64,000 bases of DNA from Takakia lepidozioides. Taxonomy: Eukaryota > Plantae > Bryophyta. Below are positions 23,946 to 37,577 of the stretch, piece after piece (the stretch's first letter is position 1; every line of letters begins with the position of its first letter). The position numbers and the translations under genes were made by a program. The stretch spans positions 66,836,001 through 66,900,000 of the forward strand of contig CM060733.1 in assembly GCA_030704615.1 (NCBI GenBank). The letters are read 5' to 3'. The notes beneath the pieces were generated by a model. The model worked only from the letters and a program-made list of their open reading frames with translations, ran no database searches and had not been told where the DNA came from.

Positions 23946-26078
23946 CTACTTATATACATTGAAGGCAGGAGTCCCACAATAGTGTGCTGCAAAAGCCCAG
24001 CCATCATGCGTTGGCTGAGAAAAGGCTATTTGGAAAGGTTGCACGGTGAATCCTAGGCAAAATGTCCTCCTGCAGGCATGCACAGAGGAAGGAGCACTCT
24101 GTCAGATCTCAAATGAGGTTTCTCTTAAAACTCAACGGCCAGTACTTACAGTCAATGGGAGACACACACTACACCATAAAACCATGTTCACTTTCAAGAA
24201 ATTGAGTCTTACCGCATGGCATCCAGAAGATGAGAAGCAACACCTTTCCTTCGCTCTGAACGTGCTACCCAAATGCCTCGCACTCCACAGACTGCTGACA
24301 CCGATGTCTTACAGCAACGAATTACCCTGCCCAGATCTTGTTCATCACCACTGCGTGCCCTCTTCCGACTAACTACTTCCCTTCTGAATCGCCAATTCCC
24401 AAAAATCAGCATTGTTTCAGTGCTTTTCCTGTTTGTAACAGACACCGTGACGCTGGAATCTGCGTGATGCTCAGAGAGCTTGCCCTCCATTTCAGGCGCC
24501 ACAACAGGAAAAGCACGCTTAATTTGCTCGGCTACGATGCAGCCCACAATCTTGGCTGCTGTGATGAATAGATAGACCTACAGACATCAAGGAGGTTTAT
24601 TGAATTACATACCAAAATGTAAAGACAGCCAGGAGATTGCAAAAACAAATAGACAAATCTGAATGCTTCAGAGAACAGATTTTACTGTTAACCTTTAATA
24701 CCCTTCAACCTGCCTGCCTGTTTTACATCAGGCAGGCATGCAACTAGCCATGCTTAGGGTATTCGACATCACAAGTTCCTAGTTCATCACCAGAAACAAA
24801 ATACAGCATTCATGAGCTTACAATGTATAATGATTACCTTGCAGTTACTTCTCCATAGCCACCCTGACACCAGCCCCATCTCTTTCTCCATCACACCGAT
24901 AACTTCCTGCACCTGGAGCATAGAAATGAAGGAAGATAATCGGCATGGATAGGCAGATGCAGTTGGGACCACAGTTTACTTGGCTCTCTTTGCTTATAGC
25001 AGACATGAACATGTGTTGAAAGGAGAGGGCCAATGAGCCATGTGGGGAATATGAACAAGGAATTAGAACAGGGGTGATGACAGTGTTCTACAACAAACCT
25101 TGTAGAAATGTCGTGGGGGATCGCCAGGCAGCACATATATGACACGATCACCCTTGTTTGAGAGCCTACTAGCAACCCTCTCAGACGTCCACCCCTGCAG
25201 CCCTCTTCCACCCCCATCCCACATTCTCAGAACCTAAAACCTCTGCAAGGTCGTCCCACTGGCTAGGGTTAACATTTGGGGCGAAATAGCTCAGCCTTCC
25301 TCATACCGAACCCGTACAGATGAGGGGAAGCAAGCATCCTCCATTATTGACTCTGGCTAGTGTGCTAGTCTTAAATCTTAAAGTTCAGCCTGACCTGTTA
25401 GAGCTGTCAGATGCAAGCAAATCCATAGAAAATATTCTCAAGAAGACAGTGCTTACCCTGAACAGAATGCCTTGGAGTTGGCTCTTGTGAAACGAAGTGT
25501 GGACTTTCTCATCGCTCTCTTGACCGCGTGCATATACTAGCCCACATGAAGGACACGTGGTGTGGGAGAAATCTGCCTGGCCGAGGTCCAAGAAGTACTG
25601 CCCATATACACGTTTGGCAACTACAGTCCTCTTCACTTCCGGTTGGTTCTTCCACCATTGCAGCTGTGATGAGCTTTTCCACATTACATCCACTTTGCTA
25701 AGCTTCTCTGGGGTCATGATGCAAGGTTTCTTGGAAGGAGAAATATAGGAGGGAGGGATGCTTGTCTGTGATAGGCTGACAGCCTCTTCCCCTCTTTCCT
25801 CGGCTGTGGCCAACGAAGCTTGATCCCTACAGTTCCCGTGGAAGACAGGGTCAGCCTTGTGCATATGTCAGAATACAACTGGAATAAGACAGCATGAAAT
25901 TCTTGCTCTCACTCTCTCAAACTTGCGCTCTCCTGTGAAGGAACTGAAGACTGGATTCTTGAGCATACCTATTCACCAGCATACAACGCCTGCGCCTCTT
26001 GTAGGTCAATAGAGCCTTCTTCTGAGAAACGCAAGCATTACTGAACTCCAACTCGTCAGCATTTTCTTTGATGTCCAT
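23946..26078 (-). CDS. CTF7: Establishment-of-cohesion acetyltransferase CTF7/ECO1
   Basis: Exons ~26078-25977, 25855-25457, 25194-25099, 24912-24838, 24578-24213, 24069-23946. YGQYFLDLGQADF, C2H2 finger CPSCGLVY..DEKVHTSFH, acetyltransferase AVCGVRGIWV..RRKGVASHLLDAMR..AFSQPT. First-exon boundaries are approximate. Confidence 0.9.
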
Positions 26079-26283
26079 TCCCCAACAAGCTCAGCTGCAT
26101 ATATAAACCAACTTGGAATGTCAAAAACCCCCTCCGCTGCTTTTTCCCCTTCCTGAGCCTCACAATGTCAACGCAATTGCCAAACTCTCTCTCTCGTGAC
26201 CTCGTGCCTATGTTTATTTTGACCTGAAGCACTCTCCTTCGGGTAAGGTAGTATACTGGATTTAGTTGAGAACGGGGCCAAAC

Positions 26284-27261
26284 CTGCAGCTCTTTTGGAG
26301 TGATGATCTGAGAGCATTCCGCACGCATACCGCACCTGCCAGCTCAAGGCTCAATACGACCCCTGTAATACCATGAGTTTGCAGTCAGAACTTTTCCACA
26401 TTGACAAGGTTGTCCAGGGCTTAAAGATTGAAAGCAACCAAGCTTGATCAAAAATTACAAGAAAAAAGGTAACCCATCAGAAATCTGTCCAACAAAACAA
26501 CAACCTCTCCAATGCAAGCCAAAAGGAGCCAACTGACTAAAGTAGTTACAAAAGAAAGACCCCTTCCTGTGCCATGACTGCAAGATGGTATGGCATATAC
26601 AGAGATCTTCCTGACCAAGAAAAGTTGCAACCAATAGTCTAAGAATGACAAAGCCTAAGACCAATTTGATCAATATACTGCTTCAACCAGCTTCTTAGAT
26701 AGAGATTATGAACAGAAGCTACGAGTAATCCACAGCCGGCAAAGAATGCAAGCTTGGGAACAATGAAGGAAAATACAAGAGTTTCACCACTCAATCCTCC
26801 CCTCTGACAGAAATCGTTGAAAGCAGATTCATAATGTCAATTGTCAGATTATATTATTGAGGAGTTTCGTGATATGGGTCGGTTCAGAAAGGTAAATATA
26901 CCAGGGCCTGCATCGTGGGCGACACTACCTGTGACCACGAAAATATCCGCGCCAATAGATGCTCCAATTCCCAGTAAGATAATATCAAACAATTCTAATA
27001 GTCGGGTAAGCCCCCCTCCCTCATTCCCTTGTCCGCCTGTCCCTTTCTGATCAGCTGAACTGCAGCAGCTGTGTGTGAGAGAGAGGCAGAGAGACAAGCA
27101 TTCAAAGGGAGGTAGGCTCCCGCGCTAACAACAGAGCAGGCGTCGCTCCAGAGACGGCGGCGTCGTCTTTCCTCACAAGGAAGCGACGGCGTTGACGGCA
27201 ACGAACGTACGTCAGGCCCTCCAACAGCAACTCTCGTGCGGAGTTTTGTTTTTTGGACCAT
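26284..27261 (-). pseudogene. Cationic amino-acid transporter (CAT9-like) 5' fragment, two exons
   Basis: LTRLLELFDIILLGIGASIGADIFVVTGSVAHDAGPG, then GVVLSLELAGAVCVRNAL. GT-AG intron 26901-26363. Frameshift in exon 1. Confidence 0.8.
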
Positions 27262-28157
27262 ATTTAATACGGAGAAGACTACGCTTACCCAACGAGGCGT
27301 GGGAGGCTTGCCGGTACGGTCGCCGAGGAAAGCCGTACCGGTGACGTTCCGGCGAGGTGCACTGTCAAGTCCTCACCCCCTGCTGCTCCCCTCTCACCTG
27401 CGAGCCTGTATTGTAGAATAAACAATCAAAAAATCAGGGACGGGGCAAGAAATGGGTGGAAAAATGCCTTTTTAACTATCAGCATTGCCGGGGCGATGGG
27501 GGCTCCGCGGTGAGAGTGAGGCCCAACGGTCGCTTCTTCTCTCTCGTATGGACTCTCTCAACTGATCGACAACTGGAGAAGGGCCTCCCTGGGAGAGAAT
27601 AGAGTCCAAGCTTTAAACACATGGTTTGTATGATTTCTAGGATTTGGGTAAATCCATTTAAGCCTTTTTTGCCGATCTTTTTTTGACAACCTCGACATCC
27701 CATCGGTTCATCCTATACCTGCTCCGTCTCATTCATCAATTCGTGCGTGTTATCGCCGCCTCAGCCCCTTAACTTCGCTTCCCCCTCTCAACTGCCGGCT
27801 GATATTAATGACGTTTTGAGCTGTCTCTTTCACTCCACTTGGAGCTAACTCTGAGCGCTACATTCCCCAGGCTCTCGCTACGAGGTAGTTAGTGGCCTTG
27901 TGTTCATCCTGGCTCCAGCTCCACTCGACTTCCCTGTTAATTTCCACAGTAGAGCCATCAGAGAGTCTGCATTGCCTGCTTAATTCTCCCTGTAGAGTCA
28001 GGCTGCTTCTTCAATTTCTAGTCTACCTCTCAGTTCTCAGTCTAGCTCCCTCAATTCCCTATCTGCTTTCTCCTCTCTAGCTGATTACAGTTCAGTCGTT
28101 ACTGTCTTTCTCAGAGTCTCCGATCCTTCCCTTGCACCTCTCTCTGTGTCGCGTGCC

Positions 28158-30511
28158 ATGGCTCCGAATACCATGTTCCATCGCTCCAAGTCCTCAGACT
28201 GGCCTCGTCGCCATTTGGGTCAGTCAAGCAGGCACCCACCTAGTGTGTCCCAGCCCACCTCAAGCCGGGGCTTCTACAGGGCCCACCAAGAAAGATCGGC
28301 CAGCACAAGGCAGATTTACAGGCCTAAGCAAATCCCGCCATCTTCGACGGATCAGCCCCCGAAAGTCCACATCAGTGAGGCAAGGCCCCCGCACATCCAG
28401 GAGCAGTGCCTCTCCCCTCCAGTGCCAGAAGAAGAGGAGTTTTTCATTGACCCCCTGGAGGAGCAGCGGGCAATGAGCAATGTCTTTCCCCTTATCAAAA
28501 TGGATATACAGGACCTGCACATCAGAATCCCAGGTATGGAGAACTTCTGGTGTTTTGCTACACTTTCCTGGCAGAAAGGTTAAGAGATCCTACGTGAGGG
28601 ACTGGGCGATCCGCTACCTCGGGGGCCCGGGAGAGCTTAACCATCACTTCTGCATTGCCAAAGGACGAGGATTCTGTTCAGTGATGTTTGAATCAGTTGC
28701 AGCGGCAGCCAAGGCTCTGCAATTCAACCCGCATCAGAAAGGCTTTAACGTAAATATATTTCCTTGGTCGTCCAAGCTGGGCAATAAAAACGACAAGTTA
28801 TGGGGGCCTAGAGTCGTTTCTATACCATTTATCCCAGATCAGTACCTGGCAAATCTGCCAGACATTGCCAACCATTTTGGAGAGTACTTGGGCTGTCTGG
28901 GGGTTATTTGACCCCCTCATGAACACAGATGTCCTAAGGAAAATGCCATCATGGAAATCGGCCACCATCGCAACAAAAATGAATGAAGATGGTTGCCCCA
29001 AAATGGTGTTGATGATGCCTTATGAAGCAGTGCTGCCTGACTATGTGAGATTGCCAATCGACACTGAGGGGAACTACTTCACAATTCGGTTGATTGAAGA
29101 TGCATCTTACTCAGCATGCTTTGGCTGTGGGAAGCATGGACACATCAAGGTAAATTGCCCTTTCAGTAAGAGAAAAAGGTCTCCAAATGTAGGGCCTATG
29201 GCTAACCCACCCGCCTCTTCTCAGTTACATCCTGCCTCTCTCTCTCCGCCCCCCCCCCACCTCTTCAGCTAACCCCCCCTCCCCCCGCACTCTCTGCTAT
29301 CACCAAACCCATCTCTATCTGCTGATCTTCTGCAATTTAGTCCGGTACACATTGCCAAAATATAAAAAGACCCCTTGGATCCTATGCATCTAGAGGCTAG
29401 CTGCTCACTGTCTGCTCCTCCTATCGCCCACAAGTGTGTCCCCCTCGCCACAACGCAGGCCTCCATTCTCCCTCCACCTCCCTCAGCTCCTTTCTCCCAA
29501 GAGGCGGACCCTGCTCTGAAGCTCTCTCCTTCAGCGATTGCAGGCAGTCCGATGGTGGCCATTGTTCTAAAATCCATACAATCCTTCCAAGACCTTATGC
29601 TGCCAGGCTGCTCAGCCTTGTCCACCAACGAGGCTCCCAAAGCCTCTTGTGTTACCCCCATTGTCTTCAAAATAGGCCCCCCAGCCTCAATCCTCATTAC
29701 ATCTGAAGATAGGCATGATCTGGAATCTCTGTGGATCACCAATCAAGATGTATTAAGTTTCATTGAAAAGTGTCCCCCCAACAGCAGCCCTCAGTGCATG
29801 CTCATGGCTAAAATCCAGGATTTCTTTGCCAATCATCTACCGTGCTATCTCATATCACCATCCTTGACTATCACCTGGGGGGCGTATGTGGAAGAACACC
29901 CATATTTAAACTGCAGGCCTAACACCCAGGTGCTGGTTCTGATGGAGGATGCAGACATCTACCACACCCCCCCAGGCAAGTCATGGTGGATCAGGGAAGA
30001 CTGTTTGGGGAAACCATGGGGCAAGCAGCCAGCCCACATCAGGGCAAAGGATGTGCTTTCAAATGCCTTTACCCTCCTCTCCAGGCTGTTGGACCAACGC
30101 ATGACGGATATTAACCACCAAGACGAACTGCAGAGAACAATAGATCACCTCAGAGGGATTCCCTCTGAATCATCTTCCTCAAGTGGCTCCCCAGGGGTGC
30201 AGACACTGGCAAGAGAATATGAGGCCCCACCCCGACAGGAGCCTCTGGGCCCCCCGCCAAATGCCACTCACGAGGCGGGTTCTCCTCTCTCTAAGGTAAG
30301 CCCCCAGCCCCTGCCATTCTTTTTGTTCCAAGCTGACTCCAAGGATAGGAAGAGTTGTTGGGTTCTATGTATCCGCCCGTCTGCTGATGCTAGGCAATCC
30401 CTTAGGAAAACCCTCCCCGCTATCAGCCTGCCTGCAGGTACATCACCCTCAGACCTCTCTCGCCCTTACCCTCCTTATATACTATTTGGAGGCGGTGGTG
30501 GAGCCTTCTAG
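28158..30511 (+). mobile_element. L1-like LINE ORF1 relic (RRM/DUF4283-like region + zinc knuckle), frameshifted, no ORF2 visible
   Basis: KGRGFCSVMFES..AKAL..NIFPWS..IPFIPDQY..IANHFGEYLG and CFGCGKHGHIKVNC (CX2CX4HX4C) across four frames. Confidence 0.7.
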
Positions 30512-31139
30512 AAGGGGCCCACCGCTGCTTCTGGAAGGTGGCCCCATCCCATCCTCTATATAAAAAACCAGTGTCTACCTCCCATCGACCCCCTGCTTCT
30601 ACGCGTACCCCCCTACTTCTATGCGTACGGGTGTGTGCGGCCATGTGGAGCCATTTCCCTCATTTCCCTCCTCTCTATGCCTCCCGTCGGCCCCACTGAT
30701 TGGCTCTTCCCACAGTGTCGGGTTGCCTGACCTTTAACTCTCCCCCCAATTCATCGTGGGTACTATATGTAACCAAAATAACATGGAGCGAATTTCTTGC
30801 CTCCTGAAGAGATCTTCCTTGAAAGTATTCATGAGTGTTGAGCTGTACTCTATTACATAGTTTGTAACGAGGAGTTCTGAGCTATGCAGGATGTTCAATC
30901 AGAAAAACTTATTTACTGGACATCAGACTGGCAGCAGGGATGTCACTTCCACCGTCGCCTCCACTGCCTCACTGGTTTTCAGTCGTCCCTCCTTGGATCA
31001 TCACATCCCACTAGTTCCTGAAGTCTTCTTGTTGACTGTGTCTCTGTGTCCTCCTTCTCAGAGGGAAAGCAGGTCCATGCCCCTATCATCCAATGTGGAT
31101 TCCTGCCAAGCATGTACACTGCACAACACCCATATGAAC

Positions 31140-32430
31140 ATGTATGCCAAGTGCGGGAAGGTGGGGGATGCACGCGAAGTGTTTGACAAAATGCCTGAAC
31201 GAGATAAGTTTACATGGAGTATGATGATCGAAGGATATGCCAAGCAAGGGCTTGCGGAGAAGGCTTTCAAAATCTATGAACAAATGAAGGAGGAAAGGGT
31301 GATGATGCCTGACAGGGTAACATTCTTGTGTTCTCAACGTTTGTGCCATGCTAGGAGCCTTGGACAGGGGACAGCGGGTCCATGCTGACATCATCAACAC
31401 AGGAATTGCATCAGACATTACTTTGGAGACAACCCTTGTTGACATGTATGCGAAATGTGGAAGCGGAAAGGATGCTCGTCACGTGTTTGACAAAATGGCG
31501 AAACGGAATGTGTTCTCTTGGACCGCCATGATCAAAGGCTATGCCCAGCATGGACACTTCAAAGATGCTTTCAAGATCTATGAGCAAATGCAGCAGGAGG
31601 GCTTGAAGCCGAACGGTATCACCTTCCTGTCTCTTCTCTCTGTCTGCATCCATGCAGGCATCATAGATGAAGGATGACACTACTTTGTTTCGATGAGTAG
31701 AGATCATGGTCTCACACCTACACTAGAGCATTTTGGTTGTATGGTGGCTCTTCTAGGGCTTGCAGGGCGACTGGAAGAGGCAGAGGACTTCATTTATGAA
31801 ATGCCAATCAAACCAGATGCTCGGGTGTGGCGGGCTATGCTTGGTGCCTGCAGAATTCGTGGAAATGTGGGGGTAGCAGAACATGTTGCGAAATCAATTC
31901 TGAGGTGTGATCCACAGCATTCTGGAGCTTATGTGCTGCTATCAAACATCTATGCTGCTGCTGGCAGATGGAATGATAAAGCAAAGGTTAGACAAATGAT
32001 GGAGGAAAGAGGTATCAGAAAGGAGGCAGGGTGCAGCTGCATTGAGGTCAATAACCAGGTGCATGAATTTGCTGTGGAAGACACACTACATCCTCAAATT
32101 GAGGAAATCCATGCTGAGCTGGAGAGATTGTATGGGCGGATGAAGGAGGCTGGGTATGTGCCCACTCGTTTCGTGTTGCATGATGTGGAGGAGGAACAGA
32201 AGGAAGCTTCTCTTTGGCACCACAGTGAGAAGCTAGCAATTGCTTTTGGGCTTATTAACACTCCCCCTGGGACACCCATCCGCATCATCAAGAACCTTCG
32301 TGTGTGCGGTGACTGCCACACAGCCACCAAGTTCATCTCCAGGATTGTTGGGCGAGTAGTTAATCTACAGGATGTCAACCGTTTTCACCACTTCCAAGCA
32401 GGGGTCTGCTCTTGTGGGGATTACTGTTGA
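31140..32430 (+). pseudogene. PPR-E1-E2-DYW gene, 5'-truncated, with frameshift ~31330 and in-frame TGA 31675; E-DYW part (31693-32430) still open
   Basis: MYAKCG and NVFSWTAMI repeats, HSEKLA, CGDCH, terminal SCGDYC. Confidence 0.9.
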
Positions 32431-33837
32431 AACTAAAACCACGCCAAGTGCCAACATGCGACAAGCATGACCTTTCAAGTATCAGTACAATTCGTCATCG
32501 TTGAACCAGTTAGAAAATTGTATGATCAATTCTGACGCATTGAGGTGAGGGGCAGTACCGTTGTGTGCCAAATCTGCTTTGTGGAGGAGTTCAAACCAAG
32601 GCTCAGTACAGGTCATATTCATCTTCCTCCACCATAGCTCTTAGTCGAGCAGAGCCCCATTGACCAGCAGCACTGAAAGTCAAAGGAAACCCTATTGCAG
32701 AGGTGCCCTTCGCACTGCAAAGACAAGAAGGCATGAACAGAGTCCTGCAGTTATGGGGTGAAAGTTTTGCACAGGGAAAAGACTGAAAAAGGGGATCTCC
32801 CAAAAAAGGGTTTGCAGAGGTTGATCCTCATCTAGCAGCTGGTATCTTGACTCCTTATTCTCAACAGCTCCACAGACACGGAGCTTTAAGGTTGATTTTT
32901 AAGATCGATTTCACTGAGCATTCTATTTACAAAGCAGTGGGGTTGATTGAGTCTGCAAAGGGTTGGCAAGAAATAAGATTCAGTTGGACAATAACCAGCA
33001 TCCAGATAAAGGTCTGTACTGACATGTAGTAGGATTGTGTACTTTGCATGGGGATAAAAGTCTTACATAAAATTGTAGTAGCTGAATATGGGATCTGATC
33101 TGACCAATAGTTGTGTTCGACACCTCTATTCTTTTCAGAACCTGGCTTCACGGGAGAGAACTTGCATTATTGTCATTGTTGACTTTGGATATATCATGGT
33201 GAATGTTCTGACGTTCTGAGTTCTGACCATCACACCACAACACCACCTATTAGAATTAGTTTGCCCCTGCGAATTGACAATTGACCAGCTTAAAGATTGA
33301 TCTTCTATCAGGCAATATAGATCATCGACAAGTAGCTGCCCAAGGAACCAATACTCCGGAAGTATCGGAGATAGGAAGGTTCGACTGCACATCTCACCTA
33401 CAGAAACACGGAAGGGCTAACAAAAAATGCTTCATTTCATAACTCCGCGGATCCGAGTAGAATGATTGAGAAACAAGTTTGTGCGGTGACCTGGTCCAGA
33501 AGAATCACAAGCTTGAAGACTCCTTAAAACACTTTTCTTACTTGATGACCATCACGATGTGGCCCAGCATCTAGGCATTGACTGCAACAATACAGAGTGA
33601 CGTGAGAAACGGATGACGTCGGATTGCAAACCAGCATTCGGTCAGCTATCAAAACTTTAGGGCACCAAGAATCTGGCAGTGCTCGAGTAGTGAGATTAGG
33701 TATGACCTATAATTGTGCGACTCAATAGAAGGGGTTCTGTGGGATGTAGTATTAATACACCGGAAGAGATAGAAGTGGTTTGAACGCCTTAGATAGTACA
33801 TAATTCGTGGAGATATTTCTGGAAGAGAGACAGGGTC

Positions 33838-34985
33838 ATGGAAGAACTGAAGCCGGAAGGAAGTGGACTTGGAACGGACAACCATGGATTACAAGGGATG
33901 AATCAGAATCGAGAGAGATGGAGTTGCCCTGAACTTAGTGGCTACGTGGCTTCAGAGGCAGAGATTCTCCCAGCATCTATTGAAGAAAAACAGCCGAAAG
34001 ATGCACCTGAGATCCCTGGATGCAGCAACGAGTCGGACAATCTGTATGGCATTGGTGGATCCTCAGAGGAAGACCAGAAAAGAGCTCAACCGTTTTGTGC
34101 TAAGGTCAGATCGCTTGCAAAGCTTGCTTGAAAGCTTGTCTAAGCTGTTTCTTTTCCTTCCTCACAAAATAGTTATTCCCCCATTATTGCTATTAACTGG
34201 TTTGATAGTCCCATCAATCTCAACAGCCTTAGATTGTACTCAGTAACGATTTGAAGCTTGCAAGTACATGCTGAAAGCTGTTGGGCAAAACAGCCTCATA
34301 ATGGCTAATCAGCTACAGCAGAGAATAGCTCTCCATAATGGCTAGTCATCGCCTATGATTTCAAGTCTGGAAAGCCTGAAGAACAGCAGTCCATAGATCA
34401 ACACTCAGACAGGCCTTGATGATTGCCATCTGCTTTGACTGAACTTTATGTGAATTACACCCTGTCGAGTTTAAATTCTATATTGACTTTCAGAGGGTCA
34501 GTATCTTTGGGAGCTGTAATGTCAAGGGTACCAGTCATAGGCAACCTTCACAGAGAACGGTCAAATGAGTCAAAGTTTGACGAGAATCGGTGAGCAAACC
34601 CCAAATGACCTTGGGTTTGTGGTGCCTGCTACACAGCCACCAAGTTAAGATTCTTGGGCGAGCAAACACTGGTAGTGGGTGTAAAAGGCTTTTTGTTTGT
34701 TGTGTGCAGGTGCAAAAGGAGATTTTGAGGGCAATCTTTGGCCCGGATGATGCAAACACGCCAGATAGAGAGAAATATGAAATAGTAGAAGAGGAAGAGG
34801 TGCGACGGGGTGTGCCGAATGCAGGTCTTTTATGTCGGTTGTCACTGTGGGCAACAATTGGATTTGTTGTTTGTGTTCTTATGGGTGGCCAGGCCCGAAT
34901 CGAGTGCCATAACCTTTTTCCCAACATCCAGGAAAGGGACCCAGTTCCCAAAGTCATTAGGAGGAGAAGATCGGATTTCTCTTGA
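33838..34985 (+). CDS. Putative two-exon orphan protein (~180 aa) with a hydrophobic C-terminal segment
   Basis: Exon 33838-34104 (AAG|GTCAG) joins in phase 0 to exon 34710-34985 (TGCAG|GTG). Both are stop-free. Confidence 0.45.
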
Positions 34986-35874
34986 GCTCTCTGTGTGGCC
35001 ACAGTCCAATGAAAGTAGGGCAACCAGATAGCTGTTCTTCTCACAGTGAAGCTCAGGTGGGTAGTCTGGTTTAGACAGAGCTGTGTCGCCTATTTGCTCA
35101 TCAGAAGCACTCTAAACCAATGCCAGCAAAGGAATTAGATCAGAAATGGAGAAGTCCTCTTGTTCATGGGGGGTCTCTAGAGGTTTTGATTGATTTCCTG
35201 GGGCAACGGGCCTCAAAAATATAGTCAATTAGCTGAAGTTGTGTAATTGATTTCATCACCTCAAATGAGATGCAGCCCATGGAAGGTGTGTACACCAGTA
35301 AAGAGAACGCAAGCAAAGCTGTAAAACGATGTGGGCCCTTCTCTTTTTGAGCCTTATGTTGAACTTACATCTGATTCACTTTGCTGTAAGAGAGACCCTG
35401 AGCCAGTGCTCTTTTGATTTAAGGATCCAAGCAAATGACGGTTACCTGCATCCAAGTGTAGCTCCCTCTCATGCACAAACGTTTTGTTCTGGTTACCAAT
35501 TCGACATCTGGGACTTCACAAAGGAAAGCATCAAACCGGCCTCCTGCTATGTGACAGTGCGCCACACATCTCCAGAGAGGTACTACCAACAGTGTAATTA
35601 CTAAAGAATTACCTCCATACAGGAATTTCGTTCAGAGGTCACTGTAGGGCTTCCTCTTTCCTTAGAAGGCCAAGACGCGGGAGCAGCGACGCGCTTGCAG
35701 GGAAACGACGTACTCAAGTCCCTCTTACTTCTTACGTCAATGGGCTGGATCGGATATCATGTTGCAGGTTCAAGGCCCAGGATGTGTAGCTCAAGGCGAT
35801 GTGGGCCGCCCCAGCTCTTTGCATATTTTGGGTCTCAGAACTGTGCGCGTCCAAGTTCCCAATATTCATTGACG

Positions 35875-36160
35875 CATGTATACCAGTGTTGGTCTGGTAT
35901 ATAGGTGAAGGACTGGTATAAACGACTAGTATATGCATTGGTATTAGATACCAGACCAGTCTGGTATCAAGCATCCTAGAACATTCCAGAAGTCTCCCAT
36001 ATGGCACGTGGCACCCATGCCGGGTATCAACCTGGGTATCACCCAGCTAGTATCTACTTTTGTAACACTGGAGTTAAGAACCGGAACCCTTCGTATTGGC
36101 GTTTGCAATACCTAGGTCAATACCCTACCTAGGCTGGTATTGGAAAAGGCAATACCGTAG
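35875..36160 (-). repeat. Inverted copy of the 19890-20180 repeat
   Basis: The reverse complement gives CCTATATACCAGACCAACACTGG, GATACCCAGGTTGATACCCGG and GGTATTGCCTT..CAATACCAGCC, matching 20083, 20055 and 19935. Confidence 0.6.
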
Positions 36161-37577
36161 TCGGCAGGCTGATTCCTCAGTAAATAATTAGAAATGAACA
36201 TGCCTAATAAATAAGTAAAAATTTAGAAAAAAACTGTCAAAATTTCAGAAATTTCATAAAAAAATGCCTAAAATCTCAAACAAACTACTCAAAGATGTTT
36301 CAAGGCACAAAATATTTTTCTAGAGCTTGTGGTGCTTTAGCTCTGAGAAATCCTAGAATAATTGGCTGAACAATCATTGCATTTAATGATTGACCAGATG
36401 CTCTCATGGCTCTTAGCAACCCACATAATTTTTTTACCACATATGGTACAGTAGATAGAGCAAGTTCATGTTGGGAATCACCGCCGAATTACTTAAAATC
36501 TCCTCATGGCATTGCCGTAAAATCTAGAAATATCCTTAACCCCTAATGGACGACGCGACCCGTTTCGGCTCGTGTCAGAAATCAGAAATCGATTTGCCAT
36601 GTTGGATGACCTCGGATGAAAAAGCTTTCTGAATGAAAGTTGTGCGCCGTGACGTCATGCACCTGCATGTCTTTATGGCACCCTAAAATAATAAAAGCAC
36701 TGTTGTCAGTAAAAAAATTAGTGTACAGGGGTACCCAATTCAGGGCCCTCCAGCAGCTTTGACCTACTGATGTGGCAGGATATGAGTGGCCTGTACCATG
36801 AAAATTCATTTTGCATGTAGATAGGTTAGAAAATTCATCTACGCATGTAGATAGGTTAGAATGCTTCAAAAAAAATTTATGGTAGTGAGTTTCCATGCAA
36901 GGAACAATATGACCAGAGGAATTCACATTGTGATGAAAATTTGGACATTTTTTGGTCAATTGTACTGGATGATCTTTTTGACCCACCTATTTTCCCATAC
37001 AAAGCAACCCTAATGTGGTTCTGGAATTTGGTTCTGGAATTTTGGACCAAGGTGGAACAGCTCCCCACACCTTGGTCGCTTTCCGGCTCGCATGCTTACT
37101 CACTAGTTTTTGGTCACCAACGGGCTTGCACCGTTCTCGGGGTTACTACTCCCTATATATACTTCTGTGACTGTCCGCGGGGGTTTCACAAACAACCCTG
37201 CCATTTTATGGCGAACCACCACGAAAACCCTCGACTCCCGGTGATGAGTCATGGTGAGTCTTGGCCCACCCACCACGGTCCCATTGGACCGTGATGAGTC
37301 CCAAGACTCCCCACGACTCCCACCACAAGGTCTCCGCCCCCATGGTGAGTCCTATGCCACCCTCACTAAGTCCCACTAAGCTACCACCACCCCTCGTGGA
37401 ACCACCCCTACCGCAACCCGGTGTGCGGGGCTCCACCTAGTGAGCGCCTCCGCCTCCTTGAGTGCCCTGGGTACTCAAGGGTGCTTCAGCCCCCGCAGCT
37501 ATTGTTGCCACTGCCCCCACCACAGGGGCAGCCCCTCTTGTGTCCCGACCCCCTGTCCTCAAGACAAAGGGCCGCGA

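Noticed and set aside
13270-32430. U-to-C (DYW:KP-type) editing factors
   Set aside because: The readable DYW domains have canonical HSEKLA/CGDCH and PG-like boxes, i.e. C-to-U type.
36536-37560. piggyBac-like element starting TTAA-CCC
   Set aside because: No matching right end or transposase was found. It is probably repeat-derived but cannot be classified.
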